In this document: positions 1-9,433 of the stretch, in pieces
How positions within the stretch are numbered: the first letter of the stretch is position 1
Layout of the letters: every line of letters starts with the position of its first letter
Virus record (IMG/VR): IMGVR_UViG_2737471826_000005
Reading direction: 5' to 3' (one strand)
Origin: a virus
Lineage: Duplodnaviria > Heunggongvirae > Uroviricota > Caudoviricetes
DNA length: 37,920 nt
Position numbers and translations under genes: made by a program
The notes under the pieces: model-generated
Told to the model about the DNA's origin: nothing
Seen by the model: only the letters and a program-made list of their open reading frames with translations
The model's database searches: none

Positions 1-428
1 TCTGATTGACTGTCCGTGGCACTGCTCAGCTGTACGGTGCCTTTTGCCGTCAGCGAGGCAGCAGGCACTCCCGTTATCTGACTCCACGGGTGAGTGTGGC
101 TGACGGGGGCCTTGCCGGCAGCAAGGTCATATGCAGCCTTGACGGCCTTTGGTGTGGCGGCCAGCGTTTCAGAGGTGCTGTTGGTGGCACTGCTCAGTTG
201 GGTGAACCCCTTAGCTGTCAGTGTCGCGTCCGGGTGGTTACGGGAACGTACGTGTTCAGCCAGTGACTGTGCGGCTTCCTCCGTTTTTTTCTTCAGCCAT
301 TTCGTCCTGTTTGCCAGTTGCCGGGGGGCTCGATTTGATATCCCGTCAGCACCACCCAGAACCGGATCTGATGTCTCCAGTTGATAGATTTTTTCTTCCC
401 ACTTTTCTGTTTCATTCAGGTTTCCCAT
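1..428 (-). CDS. tail fiber protein, N-terminal part (gene continues beyond left edge)
   Basis: Minus-strand ATG at 428 directly after gpI-like stop; translation MGNLNETEKWEEKIYQLE...HPDATLTAKGFTQLSSATNSTSETLAATPKAVKAAYDLAAGK matches the conserved P2 gpH/Mu S-type fiber repeat; not in the ORF track because it runs off the window. Confidence 0.7.
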   Translation of the reverse strand, partial: MGNLNETEKWEEKIYQLETSDPVLGGADGISNRAPRQLANRTKWLKKKTEEAAQSLAEHVRSRNHPDATLTAKGFTQLSSATNSTSETLAATPKAVKAAYDLAAGKAPVSHTHPWSQITGVPAASLTAKGTVQLSSATDSQS

Positions 429-430
429 AA

Positions 431-1021
431 TCAACTGCTCCCGTGGTTATAACTGCCATCATGGATGGCGGTATTGTTATAGCGAATGGCCACAGACTGA
501 TACTCCAGGCTGGCCAGATGGCAGCGGGCCGGTGCAAATGCAGCGAGCGTCTGACGCAGCATCGCGGCCTGATCGTTAGTAATGGGCTGTTTCAGAATAA
601 CGCGATAAACCGCCCAGGCGGCTGCATCTCCATGAACAAACAGTCCGTTATAGCTGCGATTGCCGTCGTAACTGAGACGACCTGTGCCTTCAATCAGATC
701 CACTTCACCAAAGCCAAAACGGCGGATAACTTCCCGGATTGACCACGGCGTCCCTTTATACCGGTGTAGTTCGATGGCTGCTTTTATAAGCATGCGGCGA
801 ACATCGTCCGATTCCGCCAGCTCCCAGCCATCGCCAGACAGTGAGAACTGCTCGCCCAGCCATGGCAGCGCAGAACTGTCGACGATATCGACGAGAAAGA
901 CCATCAGTACGCTCAGGTCGATGTTATCCAGCCGCCCTGCCAGTCTTCCCAGCGTCCTGAGACTGATATCACCCTCAAGCGGTGGCGGGAGTTGTAATGG
1001 CTCAGTCATCAGACACTCCAC
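431..1021 (-). CDS. tail protein, P2 gpI / Mu gp48-like
   Basis: 196-aa ORF between baseplate J-like gene and tail fiber; position and size typical. Confidence 0.7.
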   Translation of the reverse strand: MECLMTEPLQLPPPLEGDISLRTLGRLAGRLDNIDLSVLMVFLVDIVDSSALPWLGEQFSLSGDGWELAESDDVRRMLIKAAIELHRYKGTPWSIREVIRRFGFGEVDLIEGTGRLSYDGNRSYNGLFVHGDAAAWAVYRVILKQPITNDQAAMLRQTLAAFAPARCHLASLEYQSVAIRYNNTAIHDGSYNHGSS

Positions 1022-2105
1022 TCATGTTAAGTGTGATCGCCGTACAGTTTGCCCATTCGTTTTCTGCCACCACCCTCAGTGCCGGTGTCACCAGTTCAAC
1101 CTGGTACACCCCGGAAACGGACAATGCACTGATAATCTGGCTGGGGACAATATCACGCCCCAGCGTGGCGGCACGTGATGCCACCCAGTTCTGTATGGCG
1201 CTGTTAGCGGCATCTTTTACAGACCTGGCATCCTGATCACGATAGATCGTAATCCTGGCTTCAATGGTGTAATCCACCTTCACTGGTGTTTTAGCCCGCA
1301 CTGTATCAGTGAGTGGCCTGACTTTCTCATCAGAGCAGAAACTCTCTACCAGCGTGAGAACACCGCCGTCCGGCAGACCGGTACTGAGCAGCGGATACAG
1401 ATCTACGGTCCCGGGAACCGGGGAAAGCACAGCAACATCGACAATGTTGGGATGGGCCTGCATGGCATGAAAGCGGTATGCGCCACGGCTTCCGGCATTG
1501 GTGAATGACTCCGGGGCCAGCCTGATACGCTCCCGGAGCCTGTCATCGTCTTCCTGTTCTGAACCGCCGGAACTGGCCGTCAGATTGCTCACCAGCAGGT
1601 CGACGTTATCAATCTCATCGAGTAACTGACTGACCTGCGCAGGTTGCCAGCCGTTACCAGCGGTACCGGGTTCGGTACAGGTGGACGTGACATTGACCAG
1701 CAGCAATCCGGCCTTCAGTACCACATCTGTATCGGTGGCAAAAATAACGCTGTCGGAAGCGCTGACGCGGGTGCCTGCCGGGATCAGCACATCAATGGTC
1801 AGTGCCTCATCCACAGAGAACTGAAGTGTGGTGGTGGCAGGCTGCGCGGCAAGGCGGTATACACCAACCAGTTCTCCGAGGTAATCAATCATCGGCTCTC
1901 GTGAAAAGGCGACCAGATTCTGCTTTGCTGCCTCCTGTACCGCAACCCTGACCAGCATTTCGCGATAGGCCCACAGATCAATCAGCAGACGTTCTGCCTG
2001 TGCCGGGTACAGCGTTTTGCCGGTATCCGCTTCATACTTCGCAATCATTTCTGCCGTGATTTTGTCGGCATCGCGTTCAATAAAATCGGGTTCTGTCAGC
2101 GCCAT
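1002..2105 (-). CDS. baseplate protein J-like (P2 gpJ / Mu gp47)
   Basis: 367-aa ORF, synteny W-J-I-fiber. Confidence 0.8.
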   Translation of the reverse strand: MALTEPDFIERDADKITAEMIAKYEADTGKTLYPAQAERLLIDLWAYREMLVRVAVQEAAKQNLVAFSREPMIDYLGELVGVYRLAAQPATTTLQFSVDEALTIDVLIPAGTRVSASDSVIFATDTDVVLKAGLLLVNVTSTCTEPGTAGNGWQPAQVSQLLDEIDNVDLLVSNLTASSGGSEQEDDDRLRERIRLAPESFTNAGSRGAYRFHAMQAHPNIVDVAVLSPVPGTVDLYPLLSTGLPDGGVLTLVESFCSDEKVRPLTDTVRAKTPVKVDYTIEARITIYRDQDARSVKDAANSAIQNWVASRAATLGRDIVPSQIISALSVSGVYQVELVTPALRVVAENEWANCTAITLNMSGVSDD

Positions 2106-2443
2106 AGCAACTCCTGAGTCCGGGTCTGTCCGTCTGAGCCTTTCCAGCTCACCCGGAGCGTAAGATGTTCGCCGTCGACGGCGGGTTTAACTGACATAAG
2201 CTGGCAGCGGGGCTCCCAGCGTCGGATGGCATCGACGGATTCGCGCACCACATGCGGAATGGCCCGGTCTACAGGCCAGTCGATATAAAGATGCAGATTG
2301 CTGCCGAACTCCGGGCGATGCGGGTCGCTGCCGCGGGGAGTCCGCAGGATAATTTGAATCGCCTGCCGGATATCATCCAGCCCCCGGACAATTTCGCCGG
2401 GAGCCTGCAGGGTCGGTTGCCAGAATACTGAGGTTGTTTTCAT
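2096..2443 (-). CDS. baseplate wedge protein, GPW/gp25 family
   Basis: 115 aa, size and position between V-like and J-like genes. Confidence 0.8.
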   Translation of the reverse strand: MKTTSVFWQPTLQAPGEIVRGLDDIRQAIQIILRTPRGSDPHRPEFGSNLHLYIDWPVDRAIPHVVRESVDAIRRWEPRCQLMSVKPAVDGEHLTLRVSWKGSDGQTRTQELLWR

Positions 2444-2497
2444 GGGGGCAGTATTGCCCCCGTGCGGGAACGCTGATATTAAAGGCGTTTAAAAAGC

Positions 2498-3094
2498 TCA
2501 GTGGGAGTGGTGGCTGGAGTTTTCGCCATCAGACAACATACTGCCCGTGGCATGGGCATTCCCTTTAATCTCGATATTGCCATGGATGGTCGCGGTAACA
2601 CCTTCACCACCAGAACCCGCCATGCCTCCTTCGTAAATCAGCTTACCCCTGACACGCAGATCTCCGGTAAGTTCGGTTTCCGGTGCGTCAATCGTGGCTT
2701 TCTGTGTTTTCAATACCACATCAGCACCACACTCAATGACAATATGCTCAATGCCGCCCCGGATGATCAGAGTGTGCGTCTTCCGGTTGTAGCTGTACTC
2801 TGCACCATCAGCAAACCGGGTTCCCCGGATATTTTTGTCACTGAACGGTGGTTTATCGACGTCTGAATACACCGCGCCCAGAATAACACCATCCTCGCCG
2901 TTGGCATCGAGCAGCACCTCAACCTGCTCCCCCACGTCAGGGAGCCAGTAATCTTTGTTATCCTGGGTATTGCGCTGCAGCACGTTAAGCCAGTTTGTGC
3001 GCAGGTTATCGCATTCAGGCAGACGAACGCGGGCCTGAACCCTGTCGGCATCAACGGCACTGACCGTACCGACCTGACGAGTGACACCAGTCAT
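2498..3094 (-). CDS. baseplate spike/assembly protein V-like
   Basis: 198 aa, follows gpD-like gene, Gly-rich C-terminus. Confidence 0.75.
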   Translation of the reverse strand: MTGVTRQVGTVSAVDADRVQARVRLPECDNLRTNWLNVLQRNTQDNKDYWLPDVGEQVEVLLDANGEDGVILGAVYSDVDKPPFSDKNIRGTRFADGAEYSYNRKTHTLIIRGGIEHIVIECGADVVLKTQKATIDAPETELTGDLRVRGKLIYEGGMAGSGGEGVTATIHGNIEIKGNAHATGSMLSDGENSSHHSH

Positions 3095-4263
3095 TTTTTC
3101 TTCTCTCTTATTACTGTGGACGTGCTGCCGTCCGGTTTATAGATGGTCAGCATCCGGGTTTTGCCGATTTTTTTACCTTTCTTCGCCTTGCCCTGTGTGA
3201 TCGGCCCCCGTGCCACTTCCAGCTCTGTGGTGTAGCCGCTGTTACGGTCAAACGCATGGCGGGCAGTGGTTATGAGCCATGGCCCGGATAACTGCCCAAA
3301 ACCCACCAGTTCAATTTTGTTGCCTGCTGTCAGTTGAGGTGTTCCCGTCAGCGTCAGGGAGCCGTTCTGCTGGTATTCGTTATGTCTGGCCAGTGCTGAA
3401 TCCGCTTTAATCCGGGCACTGTCCGGGTCGCTGACGCGGCTGTTAACTTTAAGTGAGTCAGCGCTGGTAACCTTACCACCTTTGAGCTTTTTGTCGCTTT
3501 CACGGGTACCACCATCAGCTTCGTAGACGATCAGTTTTTTACTGCTGCTTTTCTGGTGTTTTACCTTTGCAGATTTATAGACCCGGTTGATGGTGTCACG
3601 CAGGGAAAAGCGGGCCACATCCTGCGGTTTTAACTGCCTGACCGGCTCCTGACTGCGCAGTGTGGCCAGATGAGAAAAAATCAGCTGGTCACTGACCACT
3701 TTCACTGCATAACCATACTCGCTGGCCAGCCGGCGCAGAAAACCCACGTCGGTTTCAGCATACTGGGTCACCCGGTCGATTCTGATGGACTCAATGCTGC
3801 CCACCAGTTTCAGCCGGTGCTTTCTGGCAATCCGCCCCGCAACAGCTGCCAGCGTGGTGTTCTCAAAACCACGACTGGTTTTAGTCCGCAGGGCACTGTT
3901 AACCGAGGTGGCCACCCCACGGATAGAAACAACGGAAGCGGGCGAACTCACTTCGATCTCGTCTATAGAGAACGTACCGCAGGACAGCAGCTTCTCGTCC
4001 TGATAGCCCATTTTCAGCGTCAGCGTGTCACCCTTGCCCGGATACCACTTATCCAGCCAGCGGCCATCGGTGTCGTCCAGCTCCACCTCAATGGTATCGG
4101 ACTCATTTTTGATGTTATCGCTCCAGGTCACACGGGTGACATAAGGCGCGATATCAGAGGTGATGTTTTTCTGCAGATACCACAGAGTGAACACCGGTGT
4201 CAGCACATCGCTGACGCCGGTTAACGCTGATGTGACTTGCGCAGTGCTGTTTATCTCAGCCAT
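3091..4263 (-). CDS. tail protein D-like (baseplate hub, P2 gpD / Mu gp44)
   Basis: 390-aa ORF after tail protein X; synteny. Confidence 0.8.
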   Translation of the reverse strand: MAEINSTAQVTSALTGVSDVLTPVFTLWYLQKNITSDIAPYVTRVTWSDNIKNESDTIEVELDDTDGRWLDKWYPGKGDTLTLKMGYQDEKLLSCGTFSIDEIEVSSPASVVSIRGVATSVNSALRTKTSRGFENTTLAAVAGRIARKHRLKLVGSIESIRIDRVTQYAETDVGFLRRLASEYGYAVKVVSDQLIFSHLATLRSQEPVRQLKPQDVARFSLRDTINRVYKSAKVKHQKSSSKKLIVYEADGGTRESDKKLKGGKVTSADSLKVNSRVSDPDSARIKADSALARHNEYQQNGSLTLTGTPQLTAGNKIELVGFGQLSGPWLITTARHAFDRNSGYTTELEVARGPITQGKAKKGKKIGKTRMLTIYKPDGSTSTVIREKKK

Positions 4264-4466
4264 GGGGCAATATCCTCTTCTGTACGGGCTTCTTCAGCCT
4301 CAATCACCGGGATCAGTAACAACAGCCCGGAGGGCAGCACCGGCGTGATGGCCACGTGCGGATTGGCGGCAATAATCCGGGGATAGCCCAGCGGGTCACC
4401 GTAGTACTGCCATGCCAGCGAATCCCAGCGCTCTCCGTCACGGGTAACATGTTCAAGAAACATCAC
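4251..4466 (-). CDS. phage tail protein X-like
   Basis: 71 aa; ...WDSLAWQYYGDP...IIAANP... resembles Phage_tail_X family. Confidence 0.7.
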   Translation of the reverse strand: MMFLEHVTRDGERWDSLAWQYYGDPLGYPRIIAANPHVAITPVLPSGLLLLIPVIEAEEARTEEDIAPWLR

Positions 4467-5347
4467 ACACTCCTCGTCAGTATTCTGGCGGCCATTGCAC
4501 TTAATCCCGGAGACATGCGGTTGAATGCTGTTCCGACGGCGTTAAGCTGCCCGGAAACGGTATCCAGAGCACCTGCAATATTTCTTTTGTCCACACCACT
4601 CAGCGCAGACTGTGCCTGCTGTACATACGTGGCTGCTTCGCTGGCTGTTCTGGCCAGACTGATGGCATCGGGCATGGATTCAGAGAGTGCGTTAAACGCC
4701 GGAACACTTTTCCCCAGAGCCCCGGAGATATTACCCAGTCCGCTCATCAGCCCCGGCACACGGGTCAGTGCGACAACGGGGTTATCCTTCATTTTCTGTG
4801 TCACCCGAACGGCGCTGATAGTGGTCTGGAGTACAGACTGCGCCTGTTTCGCATAGTTGACGCCGTTGCGGATGAACTGCGCCACCCCGGAAGGTGAAGG
4901 AATGGCACCGGAGACCGCCCCGACACCCGGGAGCTTCGTGCGTATTGCCGGTGGTTGCAGAGGATTTTTCGGGTCACCGGTGTATTCCCGGAGAGACACG
5001 GTGGCACTGACAGCCAGCACGTTGCCGGTACTGTCAGTCTGCTCGCTGGTTGCAGTCACATCGGTAATCACGAACCAGCCGCGATAGTCACCGTTGCCGA
5101 AGACCAGCGCCAGTGCCTGATGGGCTTTCATGGCTGTTCGCAGTCTCGCCAGCTCCACATCGGGTACACAATAATGCTGATGGAAAACCAGAGTTATCTG
5201 GATTTCGTCCAGCCTGTCGCCGACGAACTGCAGGCCAGGCTTACCCCCGATGCGGGCATGCTCCGCATAATCGACGCCGAACGTGGCCTCGAAGCCGTCC
5301 CAGTAGGTAATCAGCTCAAACTCAATATCACCCAGTACGGCAAACAT
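4463..5347 (-). CDS. tail protein, gpU-like N-domain with Ala/Ser/Gly-rich C-terminal extension
   Basis: 294 aa immediately downstream of tape measure; N-terminus MFAVLGDIEFELIT is gpU-like. Confidence 0.6.
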   Translation of the reverse strand: MFAVLGDIEFELITYWDGFEATFGVDYAEHARIGGKPGLQFVGDRLDEIQITLVFHQHYCVPDVELARLRTAMKAHQALALVFGNGDYRGWFVITDVTATSEQTDSTGNVLAVSATVSLREYTGDPKNPLQPPAIRTKLPGVGAVSGAIPSPSGVAQFIRNGVNYAKQAQSVLQTTISAVRVTQKMKDNPVVALTRVPGLMSGLGNISGALGKSVPAFNALSESMPDAISLARTASEAATYVQQAQSALSGVDKRNIAGALDTVSGQLNAVGTAFNRMSPGLSAMAARILTRSV

Positions 5348-8300
5348 CAGCGGTACTCCTTACGTTGTTTCTGAGCCAGCAGACGCTCCAGCATTTTTTC
5401 CAGCTCATGCAGACTCATATTCAGGGCACCAGTCAGTCCTGCAGGCGCTGTGGTTTCCCTGCCATTGAGGAAAAACTGAGGATTAAAGCTGACCTGGATA
5501 CCACCAGACGTTCCACCGCCGGTTGCAGCTGCACCACGGCCTGAATATCCGGCAGCCAGGATTTCAGGCGAGGGGATACGGGGAACATCCGGTGTCATCT
5601 CATTTGCCAGACGTTGCCCTGGTAAAATCGATGCCCGGGTGGAGAGCGGAATAACGGGCATGGAAGACAAACTATTGATTACGGCTCCGATCGCATTTTT
5701 AGCAGACGACATAAACCCATTGATATCGGGCAACGGCATACTGAAGCGAACACCTGAAGTGTTATCCCGTATTTCTGGCCCCTGAATGCTCACGGGCATT
5801 CTGGGGAGCAGTTCACTGGCCATTCGCTGCCCGGCCAGAGCTGCAAGCGGAGTGGTCCGCTGCAGGCCAATGGCGGCCCCCTGCGCGATATTGTCACCAA
5901 AGCCCATAAACACGCGGCTCGGCGAATGAATGCCCAGCTTTTCGCTGAACCAGCCACTGATGCTGTCACCCATTCCGGTTACACTGGATTTGAGCGACTC
6001 CCATTTGTTTTTGATACCGTTAATCAGACCGTCGACAAGATGGCCACCGAAGTCGGTGAACTTTGCCGGCAGATCAACACCAAGATATTTCAGCGCAGCT
6101 GCAAAGGCTTTATAGAGCAGACCTGCCGGCGACCAGTTAATCAGCAGCTTACCAGTTCCCGCGATACCGCCGTTAAAGGCTTCCTGAATGTCAGCCCAGC
6201 ACTGTTTAAACCAGCTACTGATGCTGTCACCCATTCCGGTTACACTGGATTTGAGCGACCCCCATTTGTTTTTGATACCGTTAATCAGACCGTCGATAAG
6301 ATGGCCACCGAAGTCGGTGAACTTTGCCGGCAGAGCAACGCCGAAATATTTCAGCGCAGCCGCAAAGGCTTTATAGAGCAGGCCTGCCGGCGACCAGTTA
6401 ATCAGCAACTTACCAATTCCCACAATGCCGCCGTTAAAGGCTTCCTGAATGTCAGCCCAGCGCTGTTTAAACCAGCTACTGATGCTGTCACCCATTCCGG
6501 TTACACTGGATTTGAGCGACCCCCATTTGCTTTTGATACCGTTAATCAGACCGTCGATAAGATGGCCACCGAAGTCGGTGAACTTTGCCGGCAGAGCAAC
6601 GCCGAAATATTTCAGCGCAGCCGCAAAGGCTTTATAGAGCAGGCCTGCCGGCGACCAGTTAATCAGCAACTTACCAATTCCCACAATGCCGCCGTTAAAG
6701 GCTTCCTGAATGTCAGCCCAGCGCTGTTTAAACCAACCACTGACAGCCCCCCAGTTGCGGTAGATAAGGTAAGCTGCTGTCGCGACAGCGGTGATAACGA
6801 GACCGATGGGATTCATCATCAGCGCTCGCCCAATCCAGAGAACGGCACGTGCAGCGCTCATAAAACCGCGAACGAGGCTGCCCGCCAGAACTTTGCTGAG
6901 TTTCAGTCCTCCGCTGGTCAGTCGGCTGAATCCAGTGACAAGCCAGCGTAATTTGCCACCTTCTCCGAGTGCGGTAGTCAGTCGATGCCAGTTGGTCCGG
7001 AGTAAAACAGTAGTTTTCCAGACGTTCACAAAGGGGGAAATAAGGAGATTCAGCCCCAGTTTGAGACCAATAGTCGCTATCTTAATCGCAAGGAGCGCAC
7101 TGATGAGCTTAAAAGCCCCACTGACAAATTGCGGGTGAGTCGCTACCCAGTGTTTTGTCCCCTGAATGAGTGGGAGCAGTTCCTGAGTCAGAGAAATAAA
7201 AGATGGAGCTAATTGATCGCCCAGCGTAATTGCCAGATCGCGACTGCTGACCATAAGTGTTTTAGTGGCTTCAAGGGGAGATTTCAGCCGCTGATCATAA
7301 GCACTGGCAAGCAAATCGTTATCCGCAGCCCTGAGAGCACCGGCACGGATCTCTCGATATCTGTCCATGTTGGCCAGCATCGGGCGGATAAATGCCATGA
7401 CCTGCATATCCGCGAACATATCGCCCAGACCAAAGTTTTTCGCCAGAGCCTGAAGTGCCTCATCTCTTGCCGTATCATTCTTTATTTTCATGGCTGATTT
7501 GAAGCCGGCCAGCGCTTCGGGGCTTTTGGCATTGAGGTAACGTTCTATAACACTCAACATCCCTTCAATCGGAGAGATCCCCGCAGCTTTATAACTCGCA
7601 ATAGATCCCTGCAAATCAATACCCAGATCAGCAAACTGTTTCTGAGTATCGCGGGCAAAAATTTTGGTAAGAAAGTTTTTAAAATTATTGGCTGCTTCGT
7701 CGGTGGAACCTGCACCGATTTTTGCTATCTGGAGACTGGCCCCGATTTCAGCAACAGCCTCTTTTCCACTGGCAAGACCCGCCATCATTGGGGCCAGGGA
7801 CTGCATCCACTTGACCTGATCCGGGATTTCAAATGACCCCTGGTCACCGGCATAAGCCATAATATTCTGAACGGCACCAAAATCTCTGGCCGCACCTTTC
7901 AGGGAGTTTTGCCAGACTGCGGCCACTTTTGCCCAGTCCTGAGCAGACGTGCGTGTTGCCGTTGCCGCGCGGGCAATATCCGGCATCAGAAAACCGATAT
8001 CTGACACATTATCAATATTGTCGCTGATGAGTGAACCCACCGCCTCCTGCAGCTCATCCTGATACTGATTGTATTTAAGCGCCCAGCCTTTTATCTGTCC
8101 GGCAAGTGCATCCCGCGTTTTATTGTCATATTTTGCGGTGATCGACATATCAATCATTTTGTCCTGAAAAGACATGGACTGCTGAACGGCAGGGGAAACC
8201 GTATGATAAACAGTCTGTGCCATGCCATACGCTTCAATCCCCTGACCATACAGCGCCATGCGGTTAGCTTTCAGCGCATCACTGGTAGCGGATGCCGCTG

Positions 8301-8559
8301 ACAGACGGCGCTGCTGGCGCTCAATTTGCTCCATGGTGCGGCTTACCCGCAGCAGCTCGCTGTTGAGATGCTGCATCCGGGAAGAACCCAGTTGACCATA
8401 ACGTTCTGTTGCACGGGTTAAAGCGTTCTGACGTTCCTGCAGGCGGCGTGAGGTATCGCTCAGGGAATCAAGCGCACGGCGGGTACCGCTCATTGCAGAA
8501 CGGAATGTGCTGCCAATCATCCCGCCGATAACAACGCCGACTGAAAACTGTCCCGACAT
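5347..8559 (-). CDS. tail tape measure protein
   Basis: 1070-aa ORF, GGAGG RBS, downstream of chaperone pair, internal 87-aa tandem repeats. Confidence 0.9.
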   Translation of the reverse strand: MSGQFSVGVVIGGMIGSTFRSAMSGTRRALDSLSDTSRRLQERQNALTRATERYGQLGSSRMQHLNSELLRVSRTMEQIERQQRRLSAASATSDALKANRMALYGQGIEAYGMAQTVYHTVSPAVQQSMSFQDKMIDMSITAKYDNKTRDALAGQIKGWALKYNQYQDELQEAVGSLISDNIDNVSDIGFLMPDIARAATATRTSAQDWAKVAAVWQNSLKGAARDFGAVQNIMAYAGDQGSFEIPDQVKWMQSLAPMMAGLASGKEAVAEIGASLQIAKIGAGSTDEAANNFKNFLTKIFARDTQKQFADLGIDLQGSIASYKAAGISPIEGMLSVIERYLNAKSPEALAGFKSAMKIKNDTARDEALQALAKNFGLGDMFADMQVMAFIRPMLANMDRYREIRAGALRAADNDLLASAYDQRLKSPLEATKTLMVSSRDLAITLGDQLAPSFISLTQELLPLIQGTKHWVATHPQFVSGAFKLISALLAIKIATIGLKLGLNLLISPFVNVWKTTVLLRTNWHRLTTALGEGGKLRWLVTGFSRLTSGGLKLSKVLAGSLVRGFMSAARAVLWIGRALMMNPIGLVITAVATAAYLIYRNWGAVSGWFKQRWADIQEAFNGGIVGIGKLLINWSPAGLLYKAFAAALKYFGVALPAKFTDFGGHLIDGLINGIKSKWGSLKSSVTGMGDSISSWFKQRWADIQEAFNGGIVGIGKLLINWSPAGLLYKAFAAALKYFGVALPAKFTDFGGHLIDGLINGIKNKWGSLKSSVTGMGDSISSWFKQCWADIQEAFNGGIAGTGKLLINWSPAGLLYKAFAAALKYLGVDLPAKFTDFGGHLVDGLINGIKNKWESLKSSVTGMGDSISGWFSEKLGIHSPSRVFMGFGDNIAQGAAIGLQRTTPLAALAGQRMASELLPRMPVSIQGPEIRDNTSGVRFSMPLPDINGFMSSAKNAIGAVINSLSSMPVIPLSTRASILPGQRLANEMTPDVPRIPSPEILAAGYSGRGAAATGGGTSGGIQVSFNPQFFLNGRETTAPAGLTGALNMSLHELEKMLERLLAQKQRKEYR
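5932..6735. repeat. three tandem copies of a 261-bp unit inside the tape measure gene
   Basis: Unit starts at 5950, 6211, 6472 (period 261); copies 2 and 3 nearly identical, copy 1 slightly diverged; degenerate fourth start at 6733. Confidence 0.9.
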
Positions 8560-8634
8560 AGTGGTTAACCTCCGGGGAAGGTGAAAAGACGTGAGGGGAT
8601 AACGCAGAACAGCCGCTACTGGCGGCTGTCTGTA

Positions 8635-8892
8635 CTATGATTTGTCGCCGTACTCGCTTTTGATTTGCTCTTCAGCCTGCTCCAGCCACATCTCCAGATC
8701 GTCAGTATCGAGGGCATCAATCTCCCCCGGCTGAAACCGGAACCATCTCGCCAGCAGCCCCTGCGCCTGCGTCAGCGCCCTGGTTGCTCTCACCCATCCC
8801 CGTGATGAGCTGAAATCGTTTCTGTAACTGCAGGTAATCAGCCAGATCCATATTGTCGAGATCTTCCGGGAGAAGACCAGTACTGCGGGCAA
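8635..8892 (-). CDS. C-terminal extension frame of tail assembly chaperone (E'-like), reached by programmed frameshift
   Basis: Overlapping ORF in +1 frame relative to 8717..9052, no ATG of its own, ends just before tape measure gene. Confidence 0.55.
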   Translation of the reverse strand: MPAVLVFSRKISTIWIWLITCSYRNDFSSSRGWVRATRALTQAQGLLARWFRFQPGEIDALDTDDLEMWLEQAEEQIKSEYGDKS

Positions 8893-9052
8893 TCAGCGGT
8901 TCGTCCCAGTCTGCCGGGTTTTTGCTGATTTTGCGCACCTGCTTCAGGTCTTTTACCGTCAGGCGTTTCAGTTCAACCAGCTCAATTCTGGTGCCTGCAG
9001 CAGTGGTGAAGGGATAAGACAATTTAAAAGTATCGGATGGGGTCTGTGACAT
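8717..9052 (-). CDS. tail assembly chaperone (P2 gpE / Mu gp41-like), short form
   Basis: 111-aa ORF immediately upstream of tape measure. Confidence 0.7.
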   Translation of the reverse strand: MSQTPSDTFKLSYPFTTAAGTRIELVELKRLTVKDLKQVRKISKNPADWDEPLIARSTGLLPEDLDNMDLADYLQLQKRFQLITGMGESNQGADAGAGAAGEMVPVSAGGD

Positions 9053-9149
9053 GATTGTGCTCCTGTGTAAGTTCAGGGCAGTATGTCGGGAGAAGCGCGT
9101 GACGGATATTAAAGGAGATTAAGAAGAAGGGGCCGGAGCCCCTGTGATG

Positions 9150-9431
9150 TCAGCAAGTGCGAAACCCCTTGCAGTTACGCAGGAAAGCGATGAGAAGCGT
9201 CTTTCCCTCAGATTTGCCGATGCCGGAGAACCAGTGGTCGGGAGGCTCCCATGCTTCAATCAAATCCGCCAGTTTGCGGGCCTTTGAACGTGTGCAGTCA
9301 ATCGGGTCATTGGTTTTACGGGTATTAAAAAGGGTTTCCACCCCCGGAATATCAAGGAGGGTAAACCACGTACCATTTGACATGCCCAGTGCCGCACATC
9401 GTCCTCCTTTATCCGTCAGTTCAACACTCAC
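9150..9431 (-). CDS. hypothetical protein (extra gene between tube and chaperone)
   Basis: 93-aa ORF starting 3 nt after tube stop; no homolog recognised. Confidence 0.45.
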   Translation of the reverse strand: MSVELTDKGGRCAALGMSNGTWFTLLDIPGVETLFNTRKTNDPIDCTRSKARKLADLIEAWEPPDHWFSGIGKSEGKTLLIAFLRNCKGFRTC

Positions 9432-9433
9432 CG

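Noticed and set aside
4463-5347. Mu N-type DNA circulation protein assignment for the 294-aa ORF
   Set aside because: Too short relative to the roughly 490 aa I recall for Mu gp43, and the N-terminus resembles P2 gpU; called gpU-like with a C-terminal extension instead.
5926-6951. 341-aa plus-strand ORF and the repeated 61/62-aa plus ORFs at 5930, 6188, 6449
   Set aside because: Antisense to the well-supported tape measure gene; their repetition just mirrors the 261-bp tandem repeats. No spacer-repeat architecture, so not a CRISPR array.
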